DNA of 64,000 nucleotides from an uncultured bacterium (GCA_905215725.1 CAJMRD010000001.1:8705-72704), one strand, 5' to 3'; shown: positions 26,033 to 34,597, counted from the first letter of the stretch. Notes: generated by a model from the letters alone, not told the origin. A program made the numbers and translations.

Positions 26033-28546
26033 CTATAGATAGCGACCGGTAACGCTCTTGGGGCAGGCAGCGATATCCGCCGGCGTACCGGCGCAGACGA
26101 TTTGCCCGCCCGCGTCGCCGCCCCCTGGGCCCATATCGATCACATAATCGGCGTTACGGATAAGGTCGAGATCGTGTTCGATCACGATAACCGTGGCGCC
26201 CTTGGCAACGAGGCCATCAAACACACTTAGCAACACCTGAACATCGAGCGGATGCAGGCCAATCGTGGGCTCGTCGAATACGAATACGGCATCGTCCTGC
26301 ACGCGGCCCATCTCGCTCGCAAGCTTAAGACGCTGCGCCTCGCCGCCCGAAAGCGCCGGCGTGGGCTCACCAAGCGTGAGATAGCCCAAGCCCAGGTCGT
26401 GCAAGGTCTGCAAGCGCGCCTGCACCTTTTTGAGCCCCAGTGTGGCGTCGAGGGCCTCGTCCACACTCATGTCCATGAGCTGCGGCAACGTAAGCAGACT
26501 CCCGTCCTTGCCCTCGCGATGGATACGCGAAGCCGTGTCTGCATAACGAGAGCCGCGGCATGCCGGGCAGACGATCTCGACATCGGGCAAAAACTGCACG
26601 TCGAGCGATATCGAGCCCGTGCCATCGCACGTAGGGCAGCGCAAGGCGCCAGTGTTGTAGCTAAAGGCGCCCGCCTTGTAGCCGGCTGCCTTAGCCTCGG
26701 GCGTGCGGGCGAAGGCACGACGCAGCTCATCATGGATGTCGGCATAAGTCGCCACCGTCGAGCGCACGTTGGCGCCGATGGGCGTGGCATCAATCAGGTT
26801 GGCACGGGCGATACCCTCGGCATCGACCCAACGCACATGGCGTGGCAAGCGCTCGCCAGCTGCCTGCGCCTTAAGCGCCGGGATGAGCGTCTCGAGCACG
26901 AGCGTCGTTTTGCCCGAACCCGAAACGCCCGTCACCGCGACCAAGCGGCCGCGCGGGATATCGACTTCGAGCGGCTTGACGGTATGGATGGCATCGGTTG
27001 CCATGCGGATGTGGCCCTGGTCGAACATCTCCTCGTCAGTCACCTGCGGGCGCAAGCGCTTGGGGTCTGCGCGCAAAAACGGCGCGATGCGACTGCTCTG
27101 CGATTGCTCGACCTCGTCTACCGTACCGGCAGCGATCACGTTACCGCCGCCCGCTCCGGCAACGGGGCCCATCTCGACCAAATAGTCGGCTTCCGCCAGT
27201 ACGCGCGTATCGTGGTCGACAACAACCACGGTGTTGCCGTCATCCACCAGATCGCGCATCACGCTAACCAAGCCGTCGACATTGGCAGGATGCAGGCCAA
27301 TTGAGGGCTCATCTAGCACATAAAGCACACCCGTCGATCGGTTGCGCAACACGCGAGCAAGCTGTACGCGCTGGCGCTCACCCGTGGAGAGCGTGGCACC
27401 GGCGCGATCGAGTGAAAGGTAATCGAGACCCAGGTCGACCAGACGACGGGCCACGCTCAAAAACGAATCGCAGATATCCGTCGCCATGGGCCGCATCTCG
27501 GGCGGCAAGGATACGGGCACCCCGCGCACCCACTCAATCGCCTCGCCCAGCGTCATGGCCGCGGCCTGCGCCAGATTGATACCGCGCACTTGGGGCTGGC
27601 ACGCAGCCTCGGAAAGACGCGTGCCACCACAGTCACGGCATGCTCCCTCGCGCAAAAAGCGCGCAACGCGTTTTAAGCCCTTATCGTCCTTGACCTTGGC
27701 GAGCGCATTCTCGACGGTATAGACGGCGTTGTAATAGGTGAAGTCGAGCGGCGTGGCACCCTCGCCGTTTTTAGGAACGTAGAGAATGTGCTTCTTAACC
27801 GCCGGACCATGGAACACGATGTCGCGCTCTTGAGGCGTGAGCTGGTTAAACGGCACGTCGGTACGCACGCCCATCTCGCCGGCGACCTGCTTCATCAAAT
27901 CCCACATGAGCGTACCCCAGGGAAGCACCGCGCCTTCGTTGATAGTCTTTGACTCGTCGGGCACCAGGCTCGCCTCGTCCACCTCGCGCATGACACCGGT
28001 GCCGCCACAGGTGGGACACGCACCGCCGCTGTTAAAGGCAAGGTCCTCGGCACTCGGCGCGTAGAACTCGCGACCGCATGCAGGGCACGTGAGCGACAGG
28101 CCTGCGGCAACGTTAAGACTCGGCTCCACGCGCGCCCCGCAGTGCGGGCACACGTGATGGGCACAACGGCTAAAGAGCAGACGCAGGCTATTGTTAAGCT
28201 CGGTCATGGTGCCAAAAGTGGAACGCACGCCCGGCACGCTCGGACGCTGGTGTAGCGCGAGCGCCGCCGGCACGTGCAAGACCTCATCCACCTGGGCATG
28301 TTCGGCCTGCGTCAGACGACGGCGAGTATAGGTGCTGAGCGCCTCCAGGTAACGGCGCGAGCCCTCGGCGTAAAGAACGCCCAGTGCCAGCGAACTCTTG
28401 CCCGAACCCGATACGCCGGCAATACCCACGAGCTTTCCCAGCGGAATGTCGATATCGATGTCCTTGAGGTTATGGACGCGCGCGCCGCGCACCTCGATAG
28501 CCTGCGGGCTCATCTTCTGTTCCGTCACCTTTATCACCCTACTCAT
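26033..28546 (-). CDS. UvrA-like double ABC ATPase lacking the UvrB-binding domain (class II UvrA / UvrA2-like)
   Basis: 837 aa. VHNLKDIDIDIPLGKLVGIAGVSGSGKSSLA, two ABC halves and Zn modules. The CPHC and CPAC pairs are only 17 aa apart, whereas in canonical UvrA they bracket the ~130-aa UvrB-binding domain. The second module (CPTC...CRDC, ~125 aa apart) is retained. ATG 28546 overlaps the upstream stop by 8 nt; an alternative start is at 28513. Confidence 0.85.
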   Translation of the reverse strand: MSRVIKVTEQKMSPQAIEVRGARVHNLKDIDIDIPLGKLVGIAGVSGSGKSSLALGVLYAEGSRRYLEALSTYTRRRLTQAEHAQVDEVLHVPAALALHQRPSVPGVRSTFGTMTELNNSLRLLFSRCAHHVCPHCGARVEPSLNVAAGLSLTCPACGREFYAPSAEDLAFNSGGACPTCGGTGVMREVDEASLVPDESKTINEGAVLPWGTLMWDLMKQVAGEMGVRTDVPFNQLTPQERDIVFHGPAVKKHILYVPKNGEGATPLDFTYYNAVYTVENALAKVKDDKGLKRVARFLREGACRDCGGTRLSEAACQPQVRGINLAQAAAMTLGEAIEWVRGVPVSLPPEMRPMATDICDSFLSVARRLVDLGLDYLSLDRAGATLSTGERQRVQLARVLRNRSTGVLYVLDEPSIGLHPANVDGLVSVMRDLVDDGNTVVVVDHDTRVLAEADYLVEMGPVAGAGGGNVIAAGTVDEVEQSQSSRIAPFLRADPKRLRPQVTDEEMFDQGHIRMATDAIHTVKPLEVDIPRGRLVAVTGVSGSGKTTLVLETLIPALKAQAAGERLPRHVRWVDAEGIARANLIDATPIGANVRSTVATYADIHDELRRAFARTPEAKAAGYKAGAFSYNTGALRCPTCDGTGSISLDVQFLPDVEIVCPACRGSRYADTASRIHREGKDGSLLTLPQLMDMSVDEALDATLGLKKVQARLQTLHDLGLGYLTLGEPTPALSGGEAQRLKLASEMGRVQDDAVFVFDEPTIGLHPLDVQVLLSVFDGLVAKGATVIVIEHDLDLIRNADYVIDMGPGGGDAGGQIVCAGTPADIAACPKSVTGRYL

Positions 28547-29657
28547 GCCATAAAACTCGATCGCGAACGTACGCGCCCAGCATGGGCACGGTAAACCGGA
28601 CGAGGCCGTATCCGGCAGCCTCGATGACGCGCTCGCGAATCAGGCTTGCGCGATATTTACTCGCCCAGCTCTGGGTACGATCACAACGCTCAATGATATC
28701 CGCCATGCGCGTCGGTTTGTTCTCGTCAACCGCCATAGCCTCGATAAAGAGGCGTTGCGGACTGCGCAATCCATAATACAGGGGCGCGTCGACTGCTTCA
28801 TAGAACTCAGAGATGGCATCCGCGTGCCCAACCTCAACATCGCGTTCTTCAATGACCCGCGAGTCACGCCGGACAGCAGCCCGCCACATGTAATAGCCCA
28901 CCAGCTGAACCATGTAGGGATGCCCCATGCTCTTGTGTGCCGCAAGGTCCGCCGTCTCCGCGTCAACGTGAAGACCAGCGTCTTTGACCGTCTGGATATA
29001 CGAATCGCGTACCTTTGGCAAAGAGATTGCCCCCAACGTACGCTGCTGGGCACGCCGCAAAAACGTCACGCTCGGCTCTTCGAGCAGATCGTCAACCATA
29101 CTGGGTAAGCCGGCGAACACCAGCGCAAGACCGCGCTGGTCGCTATCGGACAAGCCCGTGGCATCCTGGTCTCCGAGCACCTGCTGATAGAGAACGGCAA
29201 GAGCCGCCAGTTCCTCGATAGACGCAGATTGCGCCTCGTCAATCGCAAACAGTATGCCCTTGCCTGGACCGAGCTTCTTGAGGCGCTCGTTGACCAGCCC
29301 TCGCAACGTCTCGCCCTTTGCTCGCGCCGCCTCGACCGACATCCGCCCAAAAGACGGACCGAACTCCATTGACGTCACAACGGGTTTATTCGAGCGAAGC
29401 GCGTCGGCCAAGCGGTCGCATAAGCCAAGCGAAGCGGAATCGGAGACAACCGCCCATCCGCGCTCATTGGCTAGACGTTGCAGCTCCCGCAGGAGAACCG
29501 TCTTGCCACAGCCGCGGTTTCCCGTAATGAGCATGAGCCTACCCGGCGCTCCGGCGCCGTTATCGAGCCCTTCCTCGAAATCTTCGATGACCGACTCGCG
29601 GCCGATGAGTATCGGAGGCCGCTTGCCAGCCGTAGGCTTAAAGGGATTTGGATTCAT
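28539..29657 (-). CDS. AAA+-type ATPase with C-terminal winged-helix-like domain (ATPase paralog 2)
   Basis: NPFKPTAGKRPPILIGR, Walker A GNRGCGKT, Walker B ILFAIDEAQ, FLRRAQQ and YMVQLVGYYMW. Collinear with the 24892-25992 product. Confidence 0.75.
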   Translation of the reverse strand: MNPNPFKPTAGKRPPILIGRESVIEDFEEGLDNGAGAPGRLMLITGNRGCGKTVLLRELQRLANERGWAVVSDSASLGLCDRLADALRSNKPVVTSMEFGPSFGRMSVEAARAKGETLRGLVNERLKKLGPGKGILFAIDEAQSASIEELAALAVLYQQVLGDQDATGLSDSDQRGLALVFAGLPSMVDDLLEEPSVTFLRRAQQRTLGAISLPKVRDSYIQTVKDAGLHVDAETADLAAHKSMGHPYMVQLVGYYMWRAAVRRDSRVIEERDVEVGHADAISEFYEAVDAPLYYGLRSPQRLFIEAMAVDENKPTRMADIIERCDRTQSWASKYRASLIRERVIEAAGYGLVRFTVPMLGAYVRDRVLWHE

Positions 29658-29690
29658 GTCGGCCTCCTCGGATTGGCAAACCCTGGCAAT

Positions 29691-29720
29691 AGTTATACCA
29701 ACTTATACCGAGTTATACCA
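29691..29720. repeat. 3 x 10-bp tandem repeat (AGTTATACCA / ACTTATACCG / AGTTATACCA) in the promoter region of ATPase paralog 2
   Basis: TTATACC at 29693, 29703 and 29713, an exact 10-bp period, 35-60 nt upstream of the minus-strand start at 29657. Confidence 0.6.
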
Positions 29721-29725
29721 ATAGT

Positions 29726-29756
29726 ATATGACAAAGGAGCTGCCCCTTTGTCATAT
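29726..29756. repeat. TGACAAAGG...CCTTTGTCA hairpin repeat, copy 3 of 4
   Basis: ATATGACAAAGGAGCTGCCCCTTTGTCATAT. The stop codon of the GTPase gene (29751-29753) is inside the right arm. Confidence 0.7.
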
Positions 29757-31754
29757 GTGGCCGAAAAACTCGGCGTCTGCTGCTCGCCAGGGGCGGAAGG
29801 TGGCGGGATCGATCTTTACGTGCGCCGCGGCGGGCACGTCGTACCATTTGACCGTGTAACCGGCGCCGTGAGAGCAAAAGACCGAGTCGGGCGTGTTGGG
29901 CAGATCGGCCTCGGGCTCATAGGCGGCCGTCTCGATTACGCGCTCGGCATCATGGCAAGCCGAATAGCCGGCGAACTCTAGGTACAGATGTCCGCGACCA
30001 CTCGTGTAGGCAGCCACCTCCAGCGCGTAATCCTGCACCTCGGATGCCGGCACGCGACCCACAAGCTTCGCCCGGTCTCCCGCCATCGTCGGCGGCTCGT
30101 ACTCGGCACCCATGCGCGTGGCATCCGAGAGCGCCCGACCCACGCACTCCCCCGGCACCTCGAGCTCAAAGCGATACCACGGCTCCAACAGCACCGCCGC
30201 GCCGGCCTCGCGCGCCTGCATCAAACCCTGGCGAATCGCGCGGTACGTGGCCTGGCGAAAATCGCCGCCCTCGGTATGTTTGGCATGCGCACGGCCGCCC
30301 ATGAGCGTAATGCGCACATCGGTGATGGGCGAGCCGGTCAGCACGCCCAGGTGATCGCGCTCCATGGCGTTGGTGAGTGCCAAACGCTGCCAGTTAAGAT
30401 CGAGCTCGTCGGTCGAGGCCACGGTACCAAACTGCACGTCCGAGCCCGCCGGCAACGGCTCCAAACGTAGATGCACCTCAGCATAGTGACGCAGTGGCTC
30501 AAAGTGGCCCACGCCCTCGACCGGCTGCGAAATAGTCTCCTTATAGAGGATGCCGCCGGGCTCAAACTCGACCGCAAGGCCAAAACGATCGGCCAGCACG
30601 CGCTGCACGACCTCGAACTGCACGGCGCCCATCAACTGCAAATGAATCTGCTCAAGATGAGTGTTCCAGCTTACGGCGAGCATGGGATCTTCGTCCGCCA
30701 ACTCAGTCAGCGCTTTGAACACCGCGTGGACATCGTGTTCGCCCGGCAGCACCGTATAGGTGAGGACCGGCGCAATGACGGGCGCATCGCCCGCGGGCTC
30801 CGCGCCCAGGGCGTCCCCCGGGCGAACGTGCGCAAGACCCGTCACGGCACAAATACCGCCAGCAGCAACTTCTTGGGCAAGCTCATACTTATCGCCGTTA
30901 TAGATGCGTACCTGATCGACCTTCTGCTCCCATGCCTCAGTACCGGAACGTCCGCCAATCACCTGCTTGGCATGCAGCGTGCCGCCGGTCACTTTAACCC
31001 AAGCCAAGCGCTCGCCGCGGTCCCCGCGGCTGACGCGATAGACGCGGGCGGCAAACTCCGGGAGCCACGCCTGTTCGCGCATCAGCGCGCATATACCATC
31101 CAACAGCTCGTCCACACCTTGGTCCTTAAGCGCCGAGCCGGCAAAGCAGGGAAAGAGCTTGCGCTCGGCAACCATGCGCGACAGCGTCGCGACGGAAAGC
31201 TCACCCATCTCGAGAAACTCCTCGAGAGCCGCTTCATCCAACGCAGCAGCGTCCTCCTGAACGGTGCCGCCCGCCAGCAGTTCGTTGGCATCCAGGCAGC
31301 CCTCGGAAAGACGCTGCCCAAGCTGTGCCAGCAAAACATCGCGGCCGGGATTCTCCAAATCGATCTTGTTGATGAAGATGAACGTCGGGATGTCATAGCG
31401 CGCAAGCAGACGCCACAGGGTTTCGGTGTGCCCCTGTACGCCATCGTTGGCGCCTACCACCAGAATCGCGTAGTCCAGGGCACGCAGCGTGCGCTCCGCC
31501 TCGGCAGAAAAATCGACATGGCCGGGAGCGTCCACGAGCATGACGTGGGTATCGCCATGGTCGAGCACGGCCTGCGACGAGAAAATCGTAATGCCGCGCT
31601 CGCGCTCAATCTCGTTCGTATCCAGATGCGAATCGCCATCGTCCACGCGGCCGCGCTTGCGAATGCGACCCGCGTCGAACAACATGGCCTCGGCCAACGT
31701 GGTCTTGCCGGCATCGACATGCGCCAAGATTCCAACGACCGCTTGCTTCGACAT
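29751..31754 (-). CDS. TetM/TetO-like translation-factor GTPase (ribosomal-protection-protein family)
   Basis: Start at ATG 31754 after AGGAG. VGILAHVDAGKTTLAEAML...DTNEIERERGITI...VDAPGHVDF...INKID G-motifs, with EF-G-like domains II-V and a C-terminal extension. Confidence 0.8.
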   Translation of the reverse strand: MSKQAVVGILAHVDAGKTTLAEAMLFDAGRIRKRGRVDDGDSHLDTNEIERERGITIFSSQAVLDHGDTHVMLVDAPGHVDFSAEAERTLRALDYAILVVGANDGVQGHTETLWRLLARYDIPTFIFINKIDLENPGRDVLLAQLGQRLSEGCLDANELLAGGTVQEDAAALDEAALEEFLEMGELSVATLSRMVAERKLFPCFAGSALKDQGVDELLDGICALMREQAWLPEFAARVYRVSRGDRGERLAWVKVTGGTLHAKQVIGGRSGTEAWEQKVDQVRIYNGDKYELAQEVAAGGICAVTGLAHVRPGDALGAEPAGDAPVIAPVLTYTVLPGEHDVHAVFKALTELADEDPMLAVSWNTHLEQIHLQLMGAVQFEVVQRVLADRFGLAVEFEPGGILYKETISQPVEGVGHFEPLRHYAEVHLRLEPLPAGSDVQFGTVASTDELDLNWQRLALTNAMERDHLGVLTGSPITDVRITLMGGRAHAKHTEGGDFRQATYRAIRQGLMQAREAGAAVLLEPWYRFELEVPGECVGRALSDATRMGAEYEPPTMAGDRAKLVGRVPASEVQDYALEVAAYTSGRGHLYLEFAGYSACHDAERVIETAAYEPEADLPNTPDSVFCSHGAGYTVKWYDVPAAAHVKIDPATFRPWRAADAEFFGHI

Positions 31755-31999
31755 GGCTCTCCTCTTATTACAAGCCCATCGCACGCGGCAACGGGCGTTC
31801 ACGCTCCACACTGGATGATACAATTTACGGGCCGGCGGGCGAAGCGGGCCCTATCCCCCGACCGAGCTCATCGCCCCGCGTTGCCGCGCGGCGATTTTCG
31901 TAGGTTCGCGCCTTACGAAAGCCGGCACCTCCCCTTTTTGTCTGCCCTGGTTCATCTGGGACAGTAACAACGCGAGCCTCACAACAGCGAGGAGCCACC

Positions 32000-32425
32000 A
32001 TGAAGGCATTGCTCAACGAGTTCAAGGAATTCATTAATCGCGGCAACGTGATAGACATGGCCGTCGGCGTGATTATCGGCGGCGCATTCACCGCCATCGT
32101 GACCTCGCTTACCGACAACATCATCAACCCGCTTATCTCCGTGATTGCCGGCGGCAGCGCCACCGAGATCTCGGGGCTGGTGGTGCCAGGAACCAATATC
32201 GACTTTGGAGCGTTCATTGGCGCGTGCATCAACTTTTTAATTGTCGCTGCCATCGTCTTTGCCATCGTCAAGGCGTTTAACAAGGCGCAGGAGATTGGCG
32301 ATAAGCTGGCCGGCACCACCACCGAGGAAGCCGCACCGGCGCCCGTCTGCCCGTATTGTCTGGAAGAGGTGCACGAAGGCGCGACCAAGTGTTGTCACTG
32401 CGGAAGTGAGCTGCCCAGGGAATAG
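32000..32425 (+). CDS. mscL: large-conductance mechanosensitive channel with a C-terminal Cys4 tail
   Basis: MKALLNEFKEFINRGNVIDMAVGVIIGGAFTAIV is the canonical MscL start. The tail is CPYC...CCHC. Confidence 0.9.
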   Translation: MKALLNEFKEFINRGNVIDMAVGVIIGGAFTAIVTSLTDNIINPLISVIAGGSATEISGLVVPGTNIDFGAFIGACINFLIVAAIVFAIVKAFNKAQEIGDKLAGTTTEEAAPAPVCPYCLEEVHEGATKCCHCGSELPRE

Positions 32426-32488
32426 TCGCGTAGACACAGCACTATCAACCACACGGCAAGCACCCCAGGCGCCGCAATCAACTGAATT

Positions 32489-32509
32489 TGGCCCCGTTTG
32501 GGGCCATTT
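32489..32509 (+). terminator. intrinsic terminator after mscL
   Basis: TGGCCCC-GTTT-GGGGCCA followed by TTTG. Confidence 0.55.
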
Positions 32510-32545
32510 GTCGTTCGAGTGAATTGTTGCCATGAGGCCCGGCTT

Positions 32546-33037
32546 TTACGCCTCGCGCAGCCAATCGAACGCGACACGCGCCGTGCCGTCGGACACATAG
32601 ACGATACCAGCGCGCTCAAAGCCGGCCTTTATGATGGCGCCCTGCATGGGCAGGTTGTCCTGATGCGTGTCGATACGCAGGTGATCGGCACGCTCTTTGG
32701 CAAAGGCAAACATCGCAGCCGCGATACCGTGCGCGGTGCCGTCGGACGCCACACGGTGCAGCACAGCATACGGAGTGTCACTGCGCCATTGCCCGTCCTC
32801 AATTACGTCATAGCACTCGTCCGGGCCCGGTAAAAAGGCAAACGTCGCCACCACGCGGCCGTCGACTTCACACACATAACTGCCACCGGCGGCGATATCG
32901 GCAGCCAGCTGCTCGGCAGAAGGCGTGCCCTCGGGCCATTGCGTGGCGTTGCCATGCGCGCGCATAAAGGCGCGGGCGGCGTCGTAGATAGCCATGACGG
33001 CGGGAATGTCGGTATCGAGGGTTTTTCTGATCATCAC
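32546..33037 (-). CDS. GNAT-family N-acetyltransferase
   Basis: 163 aa with a typical GNAT size and pattern (HRVASDGTAHGIAAAMFAFA...). The call is of moderate strength. Confidence 0.6.
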   Translation of the reverse strand: MMIRKTLDTDIPAVMAIYDAARAFMRAHGNATQWPEGTPSAEQLAADIAAGGSYVCEVDGRVVATFAFLPGPDECYDVIEDGQWRSDTPYAVLHRVASDGTAHGIAAAMFAFAKERADHLRIDTHQDNLPMQGAIIKAGFERAGIVYVSDGTARVAFDWLREA

Positions 33038-33111
33038 GCGGCGACCTCACGTTTATTGGTATCACTTTGATTGGGCAATGATACCAGCGTTTGGAGAGGG
33101 GCGCGAAGCAG

Positions 33112-33408
33112 ATGGGGAGCAAAAAGCGAGCCGCCTGGTCAAAGGCAAAAAGCGAGTTTTTGGGCGCTGCTACCGGCGGCGACATGAGCGACCTGTTTGC
33201 GCGCGAGGACGAGCGCCGCGATGCCCTGGACGCCGAGCGCGATGAGGCCTGGCGCTACAAGTCGTGCGAACGCAAAAACCGTTACGACACGCGCGCCGAG
33301 GCCGAGGCCGTTATGGCCGACTGCGAAAACCATGGACGGCGTGGTTTGGCCTGCTACAAATGCGAATACTGCGGCGGATGGCACCTGACGTCGCACCCTT
33401 GGAAATAG
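33112..33408 (+). CDS. small hypothetical protein with C-terminal CxxCxxCGGWH motif
   Basis: ATG 33112 after GGAGAGGGG. Ends ...RYDTRAEAEAVMADCENHGRRGLACYKCEYCGGWHLTSHPWK. Confidence 0.5.
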   Translation: MGSKKRAAWSKAKSEFLGAATGGDMSDLFAREDERRDALDAERDEAWRYKSCERKNRYDTRAEAEAVMADCENHGRRGLACYKCEYCGGWHLTSHPWK

Positions 33409-33456
33409 GAGCCGCATCGGCACGGCACTAGCGAAGCCCCGGTAATCACACGCAAG

Positions 33457-34161
33457 CTACGGGCGCGGCGGCACCAAAACGTCGTAGCGAACGGCCTTGC
33501 CCGCGAGCTGATAGCCCGGCTTTACGCCGGCGAGCAACGGGCCCTTCACCGGCCGTTTGATAACGACTTTGCGCGGGTGCACCGCAAGCGCAGCTTCGAC
33601 CAGCGCCTCCTCATCGGCGCACGGCTGTTCCAGATGATGCAAGAGTTGGAACTTCTTTTTAACCGCCGCGCTCTTGGTGCGCCCGGGAAACATGGGGTCC
33701 AGATACACCACGTCGGGAGCGGCGAGGACACCCCGCCCGATCGACTCAGCTACATGGCGAAGACCGGCAATGCTGTCCTCGCCCGCATGTAAGCGCATGC
33801 GCGACACGGCTGTCGCAAGCGCCGGATCATCTGCCGCGCGATCCAAGGCATCCTTGAGGAGCGCCGCGATCACGCAATCCTGCTCATACAGATCGACGGT
33901 AAAGCCCGCGGCCGCCAACAGCAGCGAATCCTCGCCAAAGCCTGCCGTGGCATCAATCGCCCATGGGCTCTCGATGCCTTTTGTGCGCGCAGCCTTTACC
34001 AGCAGCTCTTGCTGCAGACGGCCTTGCTTGAGTCGTGGAAGCATGCGGGCAAAATCGGCTCGCAGCTCCATCGAGCCGTCGGTGAGCGTGAGGCCCTCGG
34101 ACTTCCCGGTCAGCTCAAGCCCCGCGGCCCGAGCAACAGAAAAGGGATCGACGACGCCCAT
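33457..34161 (-). CDS. rsmJ: class I SAM-dependent methyltransferase, RsmJ-like (16S rRNA m2G1516 type)
   Basis: AIDATAGFGEDSLLLAAAGFTVDLYEQDCVIAALLKDAL and VVYLDPMFP motifs. ATG 34161 after AAGGAG. Confidence 0.7.
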   Translation of the reverse strand: MGVVDPFSVARAAGLELTGKSEGLTLTDGSMELRADFARMLPRLKQGRLQQELLVKAARTKGIESPWAIDATAGFGEDSLLLAAAGFTVDLYEQDCVIAALLKDALDRAADDPALATAVSRMRLHAGEDSIAGLRHVAESIGRGVLAAPDVVYLDPMFPGRTKSAAVKKKFQLLHHLEQPCADEEALVEAALAVHPRKVVIKRPVKGPLLAGVKPGYQLAGKAVRYDVLVPPRP

Positions 34162-34225
34162 GGGCACTCCTTAACAAGCAAAACGAATACGCGGGGCGCC
34201 GTTTATGCCAGCACCCAACCGTCCG

Positions 34226-34369
34226 CTATTGTCCCACATGCGACATGGCCCACAGCATCGCAATGCAAAGTACCGCCATCAATCCCGTGCACACGGCAGC
34301 GATCACGGAATCGCCCATGCGCCTTCCCAACGACCGCGGCCCACGCACTTGCCCTGCTCCGTACATCAT
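34226..34369 (-). CDS. 47-aa hypothetical small membrane protein
   Basis: Strong AAGGAGG RBS 4-5 nt before ATGATG. One hydrophobic helix (VIAAVCTGLMAVLCIAMLWAM). Confidence 0.4.
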   Translation of the reverse strand: MMYGAGQVRGPRSLGRRMGDSVIAAVCTGLMAVLCIAMLWAMSHVGQ

Positions 34370-34597
34370 GACTCCTCCTTGAGACCAGCTCCTTGTTACG
34401 GCCTCATCATCGCAGCGCCGCACATGGGCTGCCATCGATTTGCCTTACAGCTAGCTTTCCTTTTTGAAAGGTTGGACCGTGCAGGCAAGAGACGCTTTCA
34501 AACGCATGCATCGCCGCGTTGAACTACAATGTGCTTCACCATATGTGCAGCACATGAGGTGCGCCAGGTTGGCGTGCTCGTATCGAAAGGACCAGCC

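Noticed and set aside
31755-31999. tet(M)-style leader peptide/attenuator upstream of the TetM-like gene.
   Set aside because: Several GC-rich complementary segments exist (for example CGCGGCAACGGG near 31790 and CGCGTTGCCGCG near 31887). However, there is no short leader ORF with an RBS and no terminator with a U tract.
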